DNA from: a virus
DNA length: 64,000 nt
Virus record (IMG/VR): IMGVR_UViG_3300027976_000007
Span: 78,111-142,110 of that record
Direction: 5' to 3' (one strand)
In this document: piece by piece, positions 1 to 9,967 of the stretch
Layout of the letters: the number at the start of each line of letters is the position of its first letter
Position numbering within the stretch: the stretch's first letter is position 1
Made by a program: the position numbers and the translations under genes
Notes under the pieces: model-generated
What the model was told of the DNA's origin: nothing
Databases searched by the model: none
What the model saw: the letters and a program-made list of their open reading frames with translations, nothing else

Positions 1-827
1 AGACTCTTAACTCCTGCCATAAGAGGGGATAGAGATTTAACATCTGGGATGTTTATTATAGATTCCTCCCCCGCCTGGGACGCAGCCTCTTGAGAGGTCA
101 TTCCTTCTTTTCTTTTTTCTTTATATAATCTCTTTTTTTCCTCCCACCTCCTCTCTAATGTTATTTTTTTAGCGGTTTCAGAACTAATGCCTTTAATATC
201 TCCAAATGCTTCTTTATTATATATAGCTTGTTGTCTAGAAGCTTCAGCCGCTTCTCCAAAGGAGGTGGAATATGATCTTAATCCAGGGATGCTTTTAGCT
301 ATATCATTAAAAGCCGCAAAGGAACCTACCCCAAAACTTCTTTGAATTTCTTCAGAATGGCTTTCTATGATAGCCAATTCGTTTCTAGTACGAACTATAT
401 TAGCTAATTGCTCCTCAATATTTTGAGCTTGAATGTCTGACCCTTCTACCCCAGACATAAGAAATTTAGCCTGAAGTTGATCCAGAAGTTGGGCTTGTTT
501 AGTTAAGGATAATCTTTTTTCTGTTAATTGGTTTTTTGTAGATTCTAATCCTAAACTATCTTTTTGGATTGAATATACAGATTCAATTTCTTTAGTTATT
601 TTGGAAGTAAGGGAAGATAAGGATCTTTGTTCGGTATTTAACCTTTTCGCAAATTTTGATTGGCTTTTAATAGAATTATTAATATCCTGTTGGGTATCTA
701 AAACTGTTGAAGAAATACCAGCCCTTTCTCTTAATATCTCAAGTATAGCTTTACCTATCTCATGTTCCTCCGTTAAGGAATTGTTAAGATTTTCTTGATC
801 ATTTATATTCTCCGGGGTTACTGCCAT
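1..827 (-). CDS. Tape measure protein, N-terminal part (runs off the left edge; not in the ORF track)
   Basis: ATG at 827 (MAVTPENINDQENLNNSL...). The frame reads open as a helical/coiled-coil sequence to the window edge. It lies directly downstream of the tube and chaperone genes, with a late motif at 837-846. Confidence 0.75.
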   Translation of the reverse strand, partial: MAVTPENINDQENLNNSLTEEHEIGKAILEILRERAGISSTVLDTQQDINNSIKSQSKFAKRLNTEQRSLSSLTSKITKEIESVYSIQKDSLGLESTKNQLTEKRLSLTKQAQLLDQLQAKFLMSGVEGSDIQAQNIEEQLANIVRTRNELAIIESHSEEIQRSFGVGSFAAFNDIAKSIPGLRSYSTSFGEAAEASRQQAIYNKEAFGDIKGISSETAKKITLERRWEEKKRLYKEKRKEGMTSQEAASQAGEESIINIPDVKSLSPLMAGVKS

Positions 828-845
828 TTATTTTGTTTATACATA

Positions 846-1094
846 TTAAGGTTTAGGGTTTTTTATAAAATTCCCGTCACTATCAAAAAAATCTTTACCT
901 TTAGGTTTTGATGATGGGATATCTTCTTTATTAAAATCCTGGATTTGTTTTAAAGTATAATTCCTTAACCAAATAGGCATATTATATAGGATTTCATAAG
1001 AGAAACCTCCCCTACCATGAAATGTTATTTCATGAAGGGTTTTAAAAAGGTTTTGCCTAAAAATTTGGAGATTTTCAATAGTCAGGCCAAAAAA
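846..1094 (-). CDS. gp51-like tail/baseplate assembly chaperone extension, probably made by frameshift from the upstream gene
   Basis: Open +1 frame FFGLTIENLQIFRQNLFKTLHEITFHGRGGFSYEILYNMPIWLRNYTLKQIQ...KNPKP*. No ATG/GTG/TTG occurs before the conserved-looking core. It overlaps the 3' end of 1075..1803 at a T7 run. Confidence 0.7.
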   Translation of the reverse strand, partial: FFGLTIENLQIFRQNLFKTLHEITFHGRGGFSYEILYNMPIWLRNYTLKQIQDFNKEDIPSSKPKGKDFFDSDGNFIKNPKP

Positions 1095-1803
1095 AGTTGA
1101 GCCCTATAGGGAGACTCACCTCCTTTCCTTTATTAGATATATATGTTAAATTGACATCGGGTTGAGTTTGTTTTATATGTCCTCTAAAGGCTCTAGAATC
1201 CATAGCTAAAAACCTATTATCTACAAATTCCCTTATATGTTTAGGTTCAGAATTTTCTTCTACTGAAAGGATCATATGTTTAAGTCTAGTGGTCAATTCT
1301 GGGGATTCGTTTGGATTTAATTTCTTTAATCCCTCTAATTCTCTAGTTATAGCCTTTTCATCCTTCCCAGTTAATAATTTATATTTAATTTCTACACCTG
1401 TTGAAGGTAAGGTGAAAGAAAAAGAATTTAAACCTAAGGTTATTGAAGTTTCATCAAACTCTTTATTTTCCAATGTAGTCAAATCTATAACTTGGGATTC
1501 TCCTCCTACATCAAATTCATAATTTTTACCATATCCTAAAACTCTAGATGCTATAAATAGAGCGTTTTTATCTCCTACTATAAGATCATCTACTTTAATT
1601 TTTTTATTTACAATTAAAGATTCCAAAAGCTTATCTAAAACTATTCCTTTCTCTATATAAGATTGGTTAGATAGGATATCTTCCTCTTTAGCTGTCATAT
1701 ATTTTATTTCAATTTTCCCTGATCTTAAAGGGTTATTTTCTTCATATATTAATCCTTTAGAAGGAAGTTCTATTTCTTCTGTAGGGAACATTTTTTCAAC
1801 CAT
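1075..1803 (-). CDS. T4 gp26-like baseplate hub / tail assembly chaperone
   Basis: LPSKG...MTAKEEDIL motif, LIVGDKNALFIASR, a second LPSTG repeat and a C-terminal FFWPD. Located between tube and tape measure. Confidence 0.8.
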   Translation of the reverse strand: MVEKMFPTEEIELPSKGLIYEENNPLRSGKIEIKYMTAKEEDILSNQSYIEKGIVLDKLLESLIVNKKIKVDDLIVGDKNALFIASRVLGYGKNYEFDVGGESQVIDLTTLENKEFDETSITLGLNSFSFTLPSTGVEIKYKLLTGKDEKAITRELEGLKKLNPNESPELTTRLKHMILSVEENSEPKHIREFVDNRFLAMDSRAFRGHIKQTQPDVNLTYISNKGKEVSLPIGLNFFWPDY

Positions 1804-1835
1804 AATATTTGTTTATTTGTTATAAATATAAAAAT

Positions 1836-1864
1836 AAAAAAAGAGCTTGACAAAGCCAAACTCC
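1836..1864 (-). terminator. Rho-independent terminator after the tail tube gene
   Basis: Minus strand GAGTTTGGC-TTT-GTCAAGCTC followed by T7. Confidence 0.6.
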
Positions 1865-1887
1865 TTTCTAAGGTAAAATCTTTTGAA

Positions 1888-2376
1888 TTAGAAATTCAAG
1901 ACACAATAATCCATCCCAATTGATAATTTTATGTTAAGGGCTTCATTTTCAGTATCCCAATTAAAATCTCCAAAATTTGCAGATTTAATAAAGGCTCCTT
2001 TTATGATCCATTCCGACACTGTATCATTGACAGGTCCTAGTACATTTATAGTTAAATCTTTTTTATAAAAATCGGAATAACCATCTCTGCCCGTAACAGA
2101 TTCGTGGTGCAATCTTACCCACTCCATAACGGATTGGGCTCCTGATGGGGTGATTGGATCAAATAACTCCAAATCAAGATCATTCCATTTTAATTTACCT
2201 TTTACTTTACGGTAAATATTAATATGGTTAAGAGTTATTTCATCTTGGGAAAAACCTAACCCACTGACCCCTTTGATGAGATATGAAGGAACCCCGTCTA
2301 CATACATTACGAATCTATTTGCTTGTTTAGGTTCCCATGCGGTGAAGAAGCTTTCGTTTGGATTTAATACTGCCAT
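1888..2376 (-). CDS. gp19: Tail tube protein (gp19-like)
   Basis: EPKQANRF, GKLKWNDL, YKKDLTINVLGP...EWIIKGAF. 162 aa, follows the sheath gene. Confidence 0.9.
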   Translation of the reverse strand: MAVLNPNESFFTAWEPKQANRFVMYVDGVPSYLIKGVSGLGFSQDEITLNHINIYRKVKGKLKWNDLDLELFDPITPSGAQSVMEWVRLHHESVTGRDGYSDFYKKDLTINVLGPVNDTVSEWIIKGAFIKSANFGDFNWDTENEALNIKLSIGMDYCVLNF

Positions 2377-2417
2377 TTTGTTATTTTATTATAAATATGT
2401 AAGAAATGAATTTTTAA

Positions 2418-4127
2418 TTAAGAAGGAAATTCTGCCCCTGTGGGAAGGATGTTGAAATCTAGGTAAATAAATTCTGATGTTCTTGTAGGTTGAATGTAAA
2501 TAGCTCCTCTCAATTCATTTCTATCTATTACATCTGGAGTATTATTACTATCATCCATAACTACTTTAAAAGCATATAACCCTTGTCTTTGTTGTACACT
2601 TTCCATTCTTGGATTTACTTGACTTAAGAAGGTATTTCTTGTGGCCACTGTATTCTGTTCGAATACTAGAGTATCAGCTATTTGACCTATCCAGCCTTTT
2701 AGGTCAATCAATAATCTTCTAACGTTAATTCTATCTAATGAGCTTGCTTGGGATTGTAATGTTTTATTACCAAACACTACTATTCCTCTTCCAGGAAAGG
2801 TGGCTAATGGGTTTACTTTACCTGCATATAAAGAGTTTCTATCAGAGTTTATTAATTTTCTTTCTGTTTGGATTACATTCTTTAATCCTCCTCTGCTTAT
2901 TCCTGCGGGAGCAAACCAAGGTTCAGATTTTTTATCACTAGAAGCATACATACCAGGAACTAAAGTTGAGGTAGGAACCCATACATTTTGTCTTGTATCT
3001 GGGTCTACTATTTGCACCCAAGGCCAATATGAAGCACAATAAGATGAGTCTAATGTAGCTGCTGTTCCTATAGCAGCTGTTATAGTAGAATCATATCCTT
3101 CTAGATCTAGAGGTATTATAGCGTCTCCTCTTCCCTCTATGTTAGAAATTAAAGTATTCAAGGAGGTTGCATGAGATGCAAAAGAATAAATAAGTCCAGG
3201 GGTAGAGATTACATTAAATCTAAATTCATCTTTATTAGCTAGTAAGTTTAAAGCAATAGTATAATTGTCTCCTACTAATCCCTGTGAATCTGTGTTTGTT
3301 ATATTGTGGTAATATTTTCCCGTTCCTGTAAGTATGGTTCCAGTTGCTCCTGAAAAAGAACCACTTTGAACTGTAGGCATTGATCCTGTATATTGATCTT
3401 GAGCTATTCCATTATTATTAAAATACCCAGGAGTTGGAAGTAATACTGAATCTACTCTTATATATCTTGAAGAGTTAGGATACGAACCTGATGATTGTAA
3501 GTATACTTCAGTTCCAGATCCTCTCAAAGTTTGGGTTTGGTCACCTATAATCCTAGAAATATAGTTGGGAGCTGTTGGATCTAAAGATAAGTTATTAAAT
3601 ACTTCTAATACTGATTTTGATTTAGTATTATCGTTTCCATTTCTTACTATCAGACTAAATGTACCGGATGAAGATGAAGGGCTTACTATTTCCCATCTAA
3701 TATTATTGGCTGAACCACTAGCTAAGGACCCCTTGGAATTTAATGAAGAGGAACTGTTCATGATTATCCCTTCACCTAGAGTTTTTAAGGTGAAAGCTAC
3801 AGTACCTAAAGAAGAGGATATACCACTTGAAGCGGGGGTAAATGAACCTGATGCTACTCTAGTTACTAATAAAGAATCTCCACCATTTTTGAAATAATTA
3901 TAAGCTGAGATAGATGTAAAGAAAGTATTTTGTTGGGATCCTGTTATAAAGGTAGAACCAAAAGCAGAAACATATTCACTATATGATGTTATTACTTTAG
4001 GTATGTTAACTTGACCTTTTACCGTAGGGCCTACTAAAGCCGCCCCAACCTGGATGGGTTGAGAAAGTATTTGGGATTGATCATTTTCTCTAGCAAGAAC
4101 GCCTGGAGATATTAAAGTTTCAGCCAT
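2418..4127 (-). CDS. gp18: Contractile tail sheath protein (gp18-like)
   Basis: SPGVLAREND, YWPW, PWFAPAG, FGNKTLQ, DRINVRRLL, FEQN and IQPTRTSEFI sheath motifs. Confidence 0.97.
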   Translation of the reverse strand: MAETLISPGVLARENDQSQILSQPIQVGAALVGPTVKGQVNIPKVITSYSEYVSAFGSTFITGSQQNTFFTSISAYNYFKNGGDSLLVTRVASGSFTPASSGISSSLGTVAFTLKTLGEGIIMNSSSSLNSKGSLASGSANNIRWEIVSPSSSSGTFSLIVRNGNDNTKSKSVLEVFNNLSLDPTAPNYISRIIGDQTQTLRGSGTEVYLQSSGSYPNSSRYIRVDSVLLPTPGYFNNNGIAQDQYTGSMPTVQSGSFSGATGTILTGTGKYYHNITNTDSQGLVGDNYTIALNLLANKDEFRFNVISTPGLIYSFASHATSLNTLISNIEGRGDAIIPLDLEGYDSTITAAIGTAATLDSSYCASYWPWVQIVDPDTRQNVWVPTSTLVPGMYASSDKKSEPWFAPAGISRGGLKNVIQTERKLINSDRNSLYAGKVNPLATFPGRGIVVFGNKTLQSQASSLDRINVRRLLIDLKGWIGQIADTLVFEQNTVATRNTFLSQVNPRMESVQQRQGLYAFKVVMDDSNNTPDVIDRNELRGAIYIQPTRTSEFIYLDFNILPTGAEFPS

Positions 4128-4176
4128 TTTGTTTTTTATTTAATTTTGTTATAAATATAATAAATACTGTTAAAGG

Positions 4177-4434
4177 TTAATCTAAAGGATGAAATTCCCC
4201 TGTATCTAATGATATTCTTCCTTTACCATGCTCTTTTGTTATTTTGTCTATCAAATCCTTTTCCCTTTTCTCTAAAGAATAAAATTTTTCCTTTATTTCT
4301 TTTTTAATTTTTTTAAGGGAGAGGATTTGTAAACCTATATTTCCCATTTCATAGGTTATAGTAGATAATTCTTCTCTTAATTCTTTTATAGAAGTTTGAA
4401 GTTCTAAGCTTAAGGTTTGTTGTTTGTTTTTCAT
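4177..4434 (-). CDS. Small coiled-coil hypothetical protein
   Basis: 85 aa heptad pattern ending GRISLDTGEF. Overlaps the stop of the upstream gene (ATGA). Confidence 0.6.
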   Translation of the reverse strand: MKNKQQTLSLELQTSIKELREELSTITYEMGNIGLQILSLKKIKKEIKEKFYSLEKREKDLIDKITKEHGKGRISLDTGEFHPLD

Positions 4435-5864
4435 AATAATGATGGTGTTGTCGTCAGGTAGTATGATTCTGCTACATATAAATTATCGAAAGTAACTGCA
4501 GCGTTTCCACCTTTAAAAGAATTTTGACCTGTGATTTCTGGCCAAAAGGTTTGGGATGATAAGTCTATATTTATATTTTGGGGTGGATGGAGTAGTTGCC
4601 AAGAATCTATGTTATCCCAATATGAAAATGTTAAAATTTTATTAATCCTATCTATATTCATTCTACATCTAGGATATGTAACTATAGAAACTGAAATATT
4701 ATCTATAGAAATTAAACCTGTACTATCCCTCCATAAAACCCTGTAGTTTCTTTGATCTGTTGAAGCCGCCATTATAGAAGCAAACATGAGATTTCCTGCG
4801 ACATTTACCGTTCCTCTTAATATTAACCTAGGAATAACATCCACCTCTAAATTATTTCCATAGATATCACATTGCATGGATAGATTATCACGTTCTGAAG
4901 ATATTGTTGGATATTTTATATTATGGGTAGATGGCGATATTGATCCTGCAGTACCGCTAAAAGTTAAAACACATCGGGAACCATTATTACTCCAACTATC
5001 TCCCGTTACTACCCCATTACCATTACTTCCATTAAAATTTTCATAGTATATTAATTTAGAATAGGTAGCAAATGAAGGTATTATGTCGGCCGTGGTTATT
5101 CCAACACTTGGTAAATTTTTTGGTACTACTTCATCTAAAAGGTTTGCTATGGAACCTGATACCGATTCTCTTTCTCCAAACCTATATAAAGATTTTAAAT
5201 TTGGTAAAGAGGTATAAAGTTTTCTTGGATCTCTAATATTTCTATTATTATAAATCTCTAAAAGTTCCTGGTGTGTTAATAATTTATCCCAATAAGCCAT
5301 CATTGAGATTGTAGACTTTAAACCTCCACTGGAACTCCCTAAAGCGTTGGCTGATATGTTTGCTTTAGTCAAAACTGAAACATCCCCAAACCAACTACCA
5401 TTATTTGCAGAAGCCCCCCCGAAGGATAAGGACGTTGATATTGTATAATACTCTCCATTGATCCATATTTTATATTCACTTCCTGTTGTTTGAAAAGCAA
5501 CAACATAGGTAGAGCCTACATTTATTGAAGGTCCAGCAAATATTACGTTAGTAGTAGTAACAGGGTCACCCCTCCAACTAATACCAAATCTACTTTCATT
5601 ATTAGTTTCATCGGCTAATCTGAATATGCCTATTATAAGTGCCCCACCAAGGCTCAAATCACTTTTTCTAGCCTGTAATATATTATATCCGTTTGTAGAT
5701 TCAACCACTAATGTATTTATTTCTATAGAAAATAAAATTGTTTTTCCTCCATCTTTCACATCACCTAAAAAAGATAAACCATCACCTATAATATATTTTC
5801 CCGTGTTACCATCTAAATTTATTTTCTTTTTGAGTTGGGTATTATGTTGTGCGTATTGGTTCAT
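4431..5864 (-). CDS. LamG/concanavalin-A-like lectin-domain virion protein (fibre or decoration)
   Basis: KIWING...ISMMAYWDKLLTHQELLEIYN...SLYRFGE LamG pattern plus a second beta-sandwich (ENFNG...VTFDNLYV). Confidence 0.65.
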   Translation of the reverse strand: MNQYAQHNTQLKKKINLDGNTGKYIIGDGLSFLGDVKDGGKTILFSIEINTLVVESTNGYNILQARKSDLSLGGALIIGIFRLADETNNESRFGISWRGDPVTTTNVIFAGPSINVGSTYVVAFQTTGSEYKIWINGEYYTISTSLSFGGASANNGSWFGDVSVLTKANISANALGSSSGGLKSTISMMAYWDKLLTHQELLEIYNNRNIRDPRKLYTSLPNLKSLYRFGERESVSGSIANLLDEVVPKNLPSVGITTADIIPSFATYSKLIYYENFNGSNGNGVVTGDSWSNNGSRCVLTFSGTAGSISPSTHNIKYPTISSERDNLSMQCDIYGNNLEVDVIPRLILRGTVNVAGNLMFASIMAASTDQRNYRVLWRDSTGLISIDNISVSIVTYPRCRMNIDRINKILTFSYWDNIDSWQLLHPPQNINIDLSSQTFWPEITGQNSFKGGNAAVTFDNLYVAESYYLTTTPSLL

Positions 5865-8218
5865 TATGATGGTGTCATTAATATGTAAACAATTAATCCC
5901 TTTCCTGAATCTCCTGTACCTACAGTGTCTATATCAACTTGGAATTCATCATCAGCAGTTATGGAGGTTGCTGATAAAACTGAAGGAATAGCAGCCCCTA
6001 CTGTAGTTCTAGAGTTAATATCTATTGTAGGTTTAGTTGAGAATATAGTGGTTCCATTTTTTTTTATATTCACCGTTACTTCGGCCCCTGTGGAGGCTTG
6101 TATTAATGATGCTCCCACTCCTGTTATAGTCCCAGCTAGTGGAATTCTTTTATATGAAGCTGTTGCTAAGGGGGCTAATGTGGAGACAAAATCAGAACAA
6201 GCAAATTCAAATACTCTAGTAGCTACCCCCTTACCGTCACCACTGCCAGTGTTAATTGTTACAGGGAAGGTTGAACCATCACCCTTGGTAAAGGTGATAG
6301 TGTTAACGTTTACTGAAGCTGTGGTTAGGAGTGAACCTGTTGGGGTAGTTCCCCCTCCACCACTGCCCGTGTTAATTGTTATAGGGAAGGTGGTTCCATT
6401 TCCTTTAGTGAAAGTTATAGTGTTAGCTTTTACTGAGGCCGTGGTTACAAATGAACCAGTGTTTCTATCAGTTAATATATAAGACCATAATAAACCTCCC
6501 TCGATATCATAAGCATCTGTTATTTTTAGTCTGTTATAGTTACCATCATCAGGGAAATACTTAACACCATCAGATTCAAACATAACATAACCTGGACTAT
6601 ATTTATGGAACTCCCCAGGACTCCCTACAACACCATCACCATCTATATTCCAACGCTTCTCATTATCAGGGTCTGCTATAGGAAGTTGTATTCCTCTATA
6701 TTTATTAAAAACCGTAGATAAAACATCATCAGAGGTAAATGAATTAATAACATATTCGTTATATTCTATAACTGAAGGAGTCTCGGAATAAAATTCTCTT
6801 AAATAAGAACCTCCATTATTACTATATATTTGGAATCTAGAGTTATTTAAAAGTAACTGTCGGTTTGATGATGAGACTTCAAGGTCACTATTTCCTATAT
6901 TAAAATCTTCAAAAGATCCTGTTGAAATTGTTATAGGGAAGGTGGTTCCATTTCCTTTAGTGAAAGTTATAGTGTTGGCGGACACTGAGGCTGTGGTTAG
7001 GAGTGAACCTGTTGGGGTAGTTCCCCCTCCACCACTACCAGTGTTAATTGTTACAGGGAAGGTTGAACCATCACCCTTGGTAAAGGTGATAGTGTTAACG
7101 TTTACTGAAGCTGTGGTTAGGAGTGAACTTGTTGAAACTTGACTGCTCGTTGAGATTTCTAAAGAAAAAGAATCCCCATTAGATTTTACAAAATTAAATA
7201 TTGAGCTTGATAAAGAACTCGTAACCGAACCTGTAACCATATACACCCCAGTATTACCCCCACCCCCACCAGATATGCTAGGGAAAGGAGGGTAAGTGAA
7301 AGTTGAAAATTCTCTAGGGCCCGCTATTTCTGTTCTAGAAGGGACTGAAGTATTATTTATGTTAGGAACCGTCTCTAAAGTAAATATAGTCTTAGCTTTA
7401 GAATTAAACTTTTTAAGAGAATTTAATTGTTTTTGAGTAGTATCAGGTATTACATAACCGTAAAGTTTTAATGTAAAATTACATTTAACCGACCTTTCCC
7501 CTGATGATGAAACTTCTACCGGAGTAGAGAATGAGTCTACTGTAGCCTTAAACTTAAAACTTTCAGGATCTCCCCAATAGGAGTCTGAAGCATAATTTAT
7601 GGCTTCTACTAATTTGTTTAATTGTTCTATATAATAAGTAGATATAGAGAAATCATATGTTACTGTAACATAGTCGGGTACTACTACAGCATAATGTTGT
7701 TTTACAGGTATTCTATTATTTAATATGCTAAAATTATCATATGTGTTTTTTGGGCTATATGTTTTAGTAAATATCTGGGTATTGATGGGGCTGTTAGCAT
7801 CCATCTTATTTGTAAGGTTCTTTATCTTTTCTATGTTGCTTCTTTTAAAAACTATCACGGGCATCATTAGAGCCCCATTTTTGTCTCTATAATATCCATC
7901 TTTTTGGATTTGTTTCCATCTTTCCGAATTACCATATAGGACAGGAACTTTTATTACATTCCCGTTTTGGACTACTGTGGGTTTGATTATGTTTTCTATG
8001 TAATAGAAAATGGCTTCATCTATTTCTTTAAAACCTAAACTTATGGGTTTTGTATTATCCTCTTTAAAGGATAATTGTTCCCCTCTATTGATTTCTGAAT
8101 CAATATCATTTGGGTTACCCTTACTTTCTCCAGTGTCAGGGTTAGTGTAAGGGGAATGTAGAGACTTGCTTATATCCTTTTGGGATTTAGGTGTAGGTTT
8201 TTTTCCTTTTTTAGCCAT
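5864..8218 (-). CDS. Tail terminator / sheath stabiliser (gp15-like) N-terminal domain fused to a repeat-rich fibre-like extension
   Basis: N-terminal KVPVLYGNSERW...MPVIVFKR...PDYVTVTYDF pattern next to the neck genes. The C-terminal half has four TTASV-NTITFTKG-G-TFP-TI repeats. Confidence 0.65.
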   Translation of the reverse strand: MAKKGKKPTPKSQKDISKSLHSPYTNPDTGESKGNPNDIDSEINRGEQLSFKEDNTKPISLGFKEIDEAIFYYIENIIKPTVVQNGNVIKVPVLYGNSERWKQIQKDGYYRDKNGALMMPVIVFKRSNIEKIKNLTNKMDANSPINTQIFTKTYSPKNTYDNFSILNNRIPVKQHYAVVVPDYVTVTYDFSISTYYIEQLNKLVEAINYASDSYWGDPESFKFKATVDSFSTPVEVSSSGERSVKCNFTLKLYGYVIPDTTQKQLNSLKKFNSKAKTIFTLETVPNINNTSVPSRTEIAGPREFSTFTYPPFPSISGGGGGNTGVYMVTGSVTSSLSSSIFNFVKSNGDSFSLEISTSSQVSTSSLLTTASVNVNTITFTKGDGSTFPVTINTGSGGGGTTPTGSLLTTASVSANTITFTKGNGTTFPITISTGSFEDFNIGNSDLEVSSSNRQLLLNNSRFQIYSNNGGSYLREFYSETPSVIEYNEYVINSFTSDDVLSTVFNKYRGIQLPIADPDNEKRWNIDGDGVVGSPGEFHKYSPGYVMFESDGVKYFPDDGNYNRLKITDAYDIEGGLLWSYILTDRNTGSFVTTASVKANTITFTKGNGTTFPITINTGSGGGGTTPTGSLLTTASVNVNTITFTKGDGSTFPVTINTGSGDGKGVATRVFEFACSDFVSTLAPLATASYKRIPLAGTITGVGASLIQASTGAEVTVNIKKNGTTIFSTKPTIDINSRTTVGAAIPSVLSATSITADDEFQVDIDTVGTGDSGKGLIVYILMTPS
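6244..7129. repeat. Two blocks of near-identical direct repeats (about 6244-6460 and 6926-7129) flanking a ~150-codon cassette
   Basis: For example gttaattgttacagggaaggttgaaccatcacccttggtaaaggtgatagtgttaacgtttactgaagctgtggttaggagtgaac occurs twice. Confidence 0.9.
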
Positions 8219-8222
8219 TATC

Positions 8223-8777
8223 TTATATTAAATTATTAACCTTAGAAATTCCTAAACGGTTTGGAGGTACCATATGGGTAGTACATATAACAGAAACATT
8301 ATACCCAAAATCTTCTAATCCAGGGTTTATAGGATTGGGTGAATTAGGATAATCTGGATCTTTACCCATAAAAAATTGGTTAGATTCTATCTTTGATATT
8401 TCGAAATAATTCTCTTGGTAGAGAATAATATCTCCGATTTCCGGATATATGTTAGCTCCATGGGAAGAAGTAGAATTAAAGTCTAAAGAGTTAGGTAATA
8501 AATCATCTCTGAGGATTTTAAATAAAGTATCCCAAGTAACGTCTATATTATAGTCATTAGAAGTCACATCTTGGGGTTTTCTTTCTACTAAACAATTAAC
8601 TAATATAGGACCTTCATAATATTTTTCATCAGAAGCCTCCCCATATAAATTAAACTTTGTAGAATTTAATCCCAGTTTATAAAAGGCACATTGTTGGGTT
8701 ATAATATCCCCCATTAGTTCCCTATTAATTTTTCTTATGAGACTAATGTCCCTTGATGATCCAAATAAAGCACACAT
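8223..8777 (-). CDS. Neck / head-closure protein (gp14-like)
   Basis: NLYGEA...PEIGDIILY...YFEI pattern, adjacent to a gp13-like gene. Confidence 0.7.
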   Translation of the reverse strand: MCALFGSSRDISLIRKINRELMGDIITQQCAFYKLGLNSTKFNLYGEASDEKYYEGPILVNCLVERKPQDVTSNDYNIDVTWDTLFKILRDDLLPNSLDFNSTSSHGANIYPEIGDIILYQENYFEISKIESNQFFMGKDPDYPNSPNPINPGLEDFGYNVSVICTTHMVPPNRLGISKVNNLI

Positions 8778-8780
8778 AGG

Positions 8781-9926
8781 TTAAAATATATATATTGGAA
8801 AGGGAACATTATTAAGTTCTTTTTGGAGAATCTCACTCTCTCTTCCTCTTCGTTCTAATAATTTATCTTTTGAAGTCTCATTTAAGAAATCTCTTAGGCT
8901 TTCTATTAAACTAGTTTTATCAGCAGTTGCAGAAGATATTAAATCACTTTGGTTAAGTTGAACATTATCTCCTGGAATTGGGATTGAACCGTATTTCCCT
9001 CTAATATAACCTAACATTTCTTTACATAGAGCTAAAGTATATTCAAATACCCAACTCCTTCCTACTGAATTCATTTGAGAGTATATAGGATTATTAAAAG
9101 GGACATTAGATACATTGGTTATTAAAGATGGAGAAGATACAACACTATTAGCAGCTCTTTCTGATTTTAATATGAAATGGAAGTATAATTTTTCTACACT
9201 ACCATTAGGAATGGGAAATATCCTAAGGTTATTGTTCTGTATTTCGAAGGAATAATTAGATTTTCTTATAGTATCATTTAATTCTATTTGTTGTAATACT
9301 TGTAAATCATAATTTAGAGGCATTAAAACGAAAGACATTGCGGGTGATGAGTTCCCAAAACCAAATTGGCTTCTTAAACCTCCACCATGTGACCCCACTA
9401 AGGGATCATAGAATTTAAGAATTGCAGGTGGGGATGAATGGAAAATCCTTTTTATTTCTAAATCTGAAGAGGTAAAACCTTCATCAACCGCCCAGGCATT
9501 TAAATCATAAGTTTGGATTGAGCTTGTTAGGTTGATGGAACCTGTCTTCCATGTAACATTTCCCCCGGTCCCCGCCTCGGATCCATATTGTTGTGCTTCC
9601 TTTATTAAATTTCCTAAATTAGGAGTAATGATAGCCGAATTTATTGAGGATCCTGTTGATGATCCCTCTAATGATAAATAATCCTGTCTTATTTTATAAG
9701 CATATAATTCATTACCATAAGTAGTGACTGCCTGTTCAAAAGCTGTGAAGAAATTTTTGTCTTGAAGTTCTATACTTACTATAGGAAATCCTAAACGTTG
9801 AGCACAAAAATTAGCCACTTTTACCGCGTCACTCTGAAACGTCACATCGTTATCGTAAAAACCAAAGGGAGTTGAAGAACCGGAAGTAAATACCGGTAAA
9901 CCGTCATATATTTGTATGTTAGCCAT
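8781..9926 (-). CDS. Neck / head-tail adaptor protein (gp13-like)
   Basis: RLGFPIVSIEL, WVFEYTLALCKEMLGYIRGKY..IPIPG...LN motifs. Confidence 0.85.
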   Translation of the reverse strand: MANIQIYDGLPVFTSGSSTPFGFYDNDVTFQSDAVKVANFCAQRLGFPIVSIELQDKNFFTAFEQAVTTYGNELYAYKIRQDYLSLEGSSTGSSINSAIITPNLGNLIKEAQQYGSEAGTGGNVTWKTGSINLTSSIQTYDLNAWAVDEGFTSSDLEIKRIFHSSPPAILKFYDPLVGSHGGGLRSQFGFGNSSPAMSFVLMPLNYDLQVLQQIELNDTIRKSNYSFEIQNNNLRIFPIPNGSVEKLYFHFILKSERAANSVVSSPSLITNVSNVPFNNPIYSQMNSVGRSWVFEYTLALCKEMLGYIRGKYGSIPIPGDNVQLNQSDLISSATADKTSLIESLRDFLNETSKDKLLERRGRESEILQKELNNVPFPIYIF

Positions 9927-9967
9927 GTTGAATTTTATTATAAATATGTAACTTTAAAAATTTATTA

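Noticed and set aside
6244-7129. Diversity-generating retroelement TR/VR pair
   Set aside because: Differences between the repeats are not adenine-specific, the copies lie in frame within one gene, and no reverse transcriptase is in the window.
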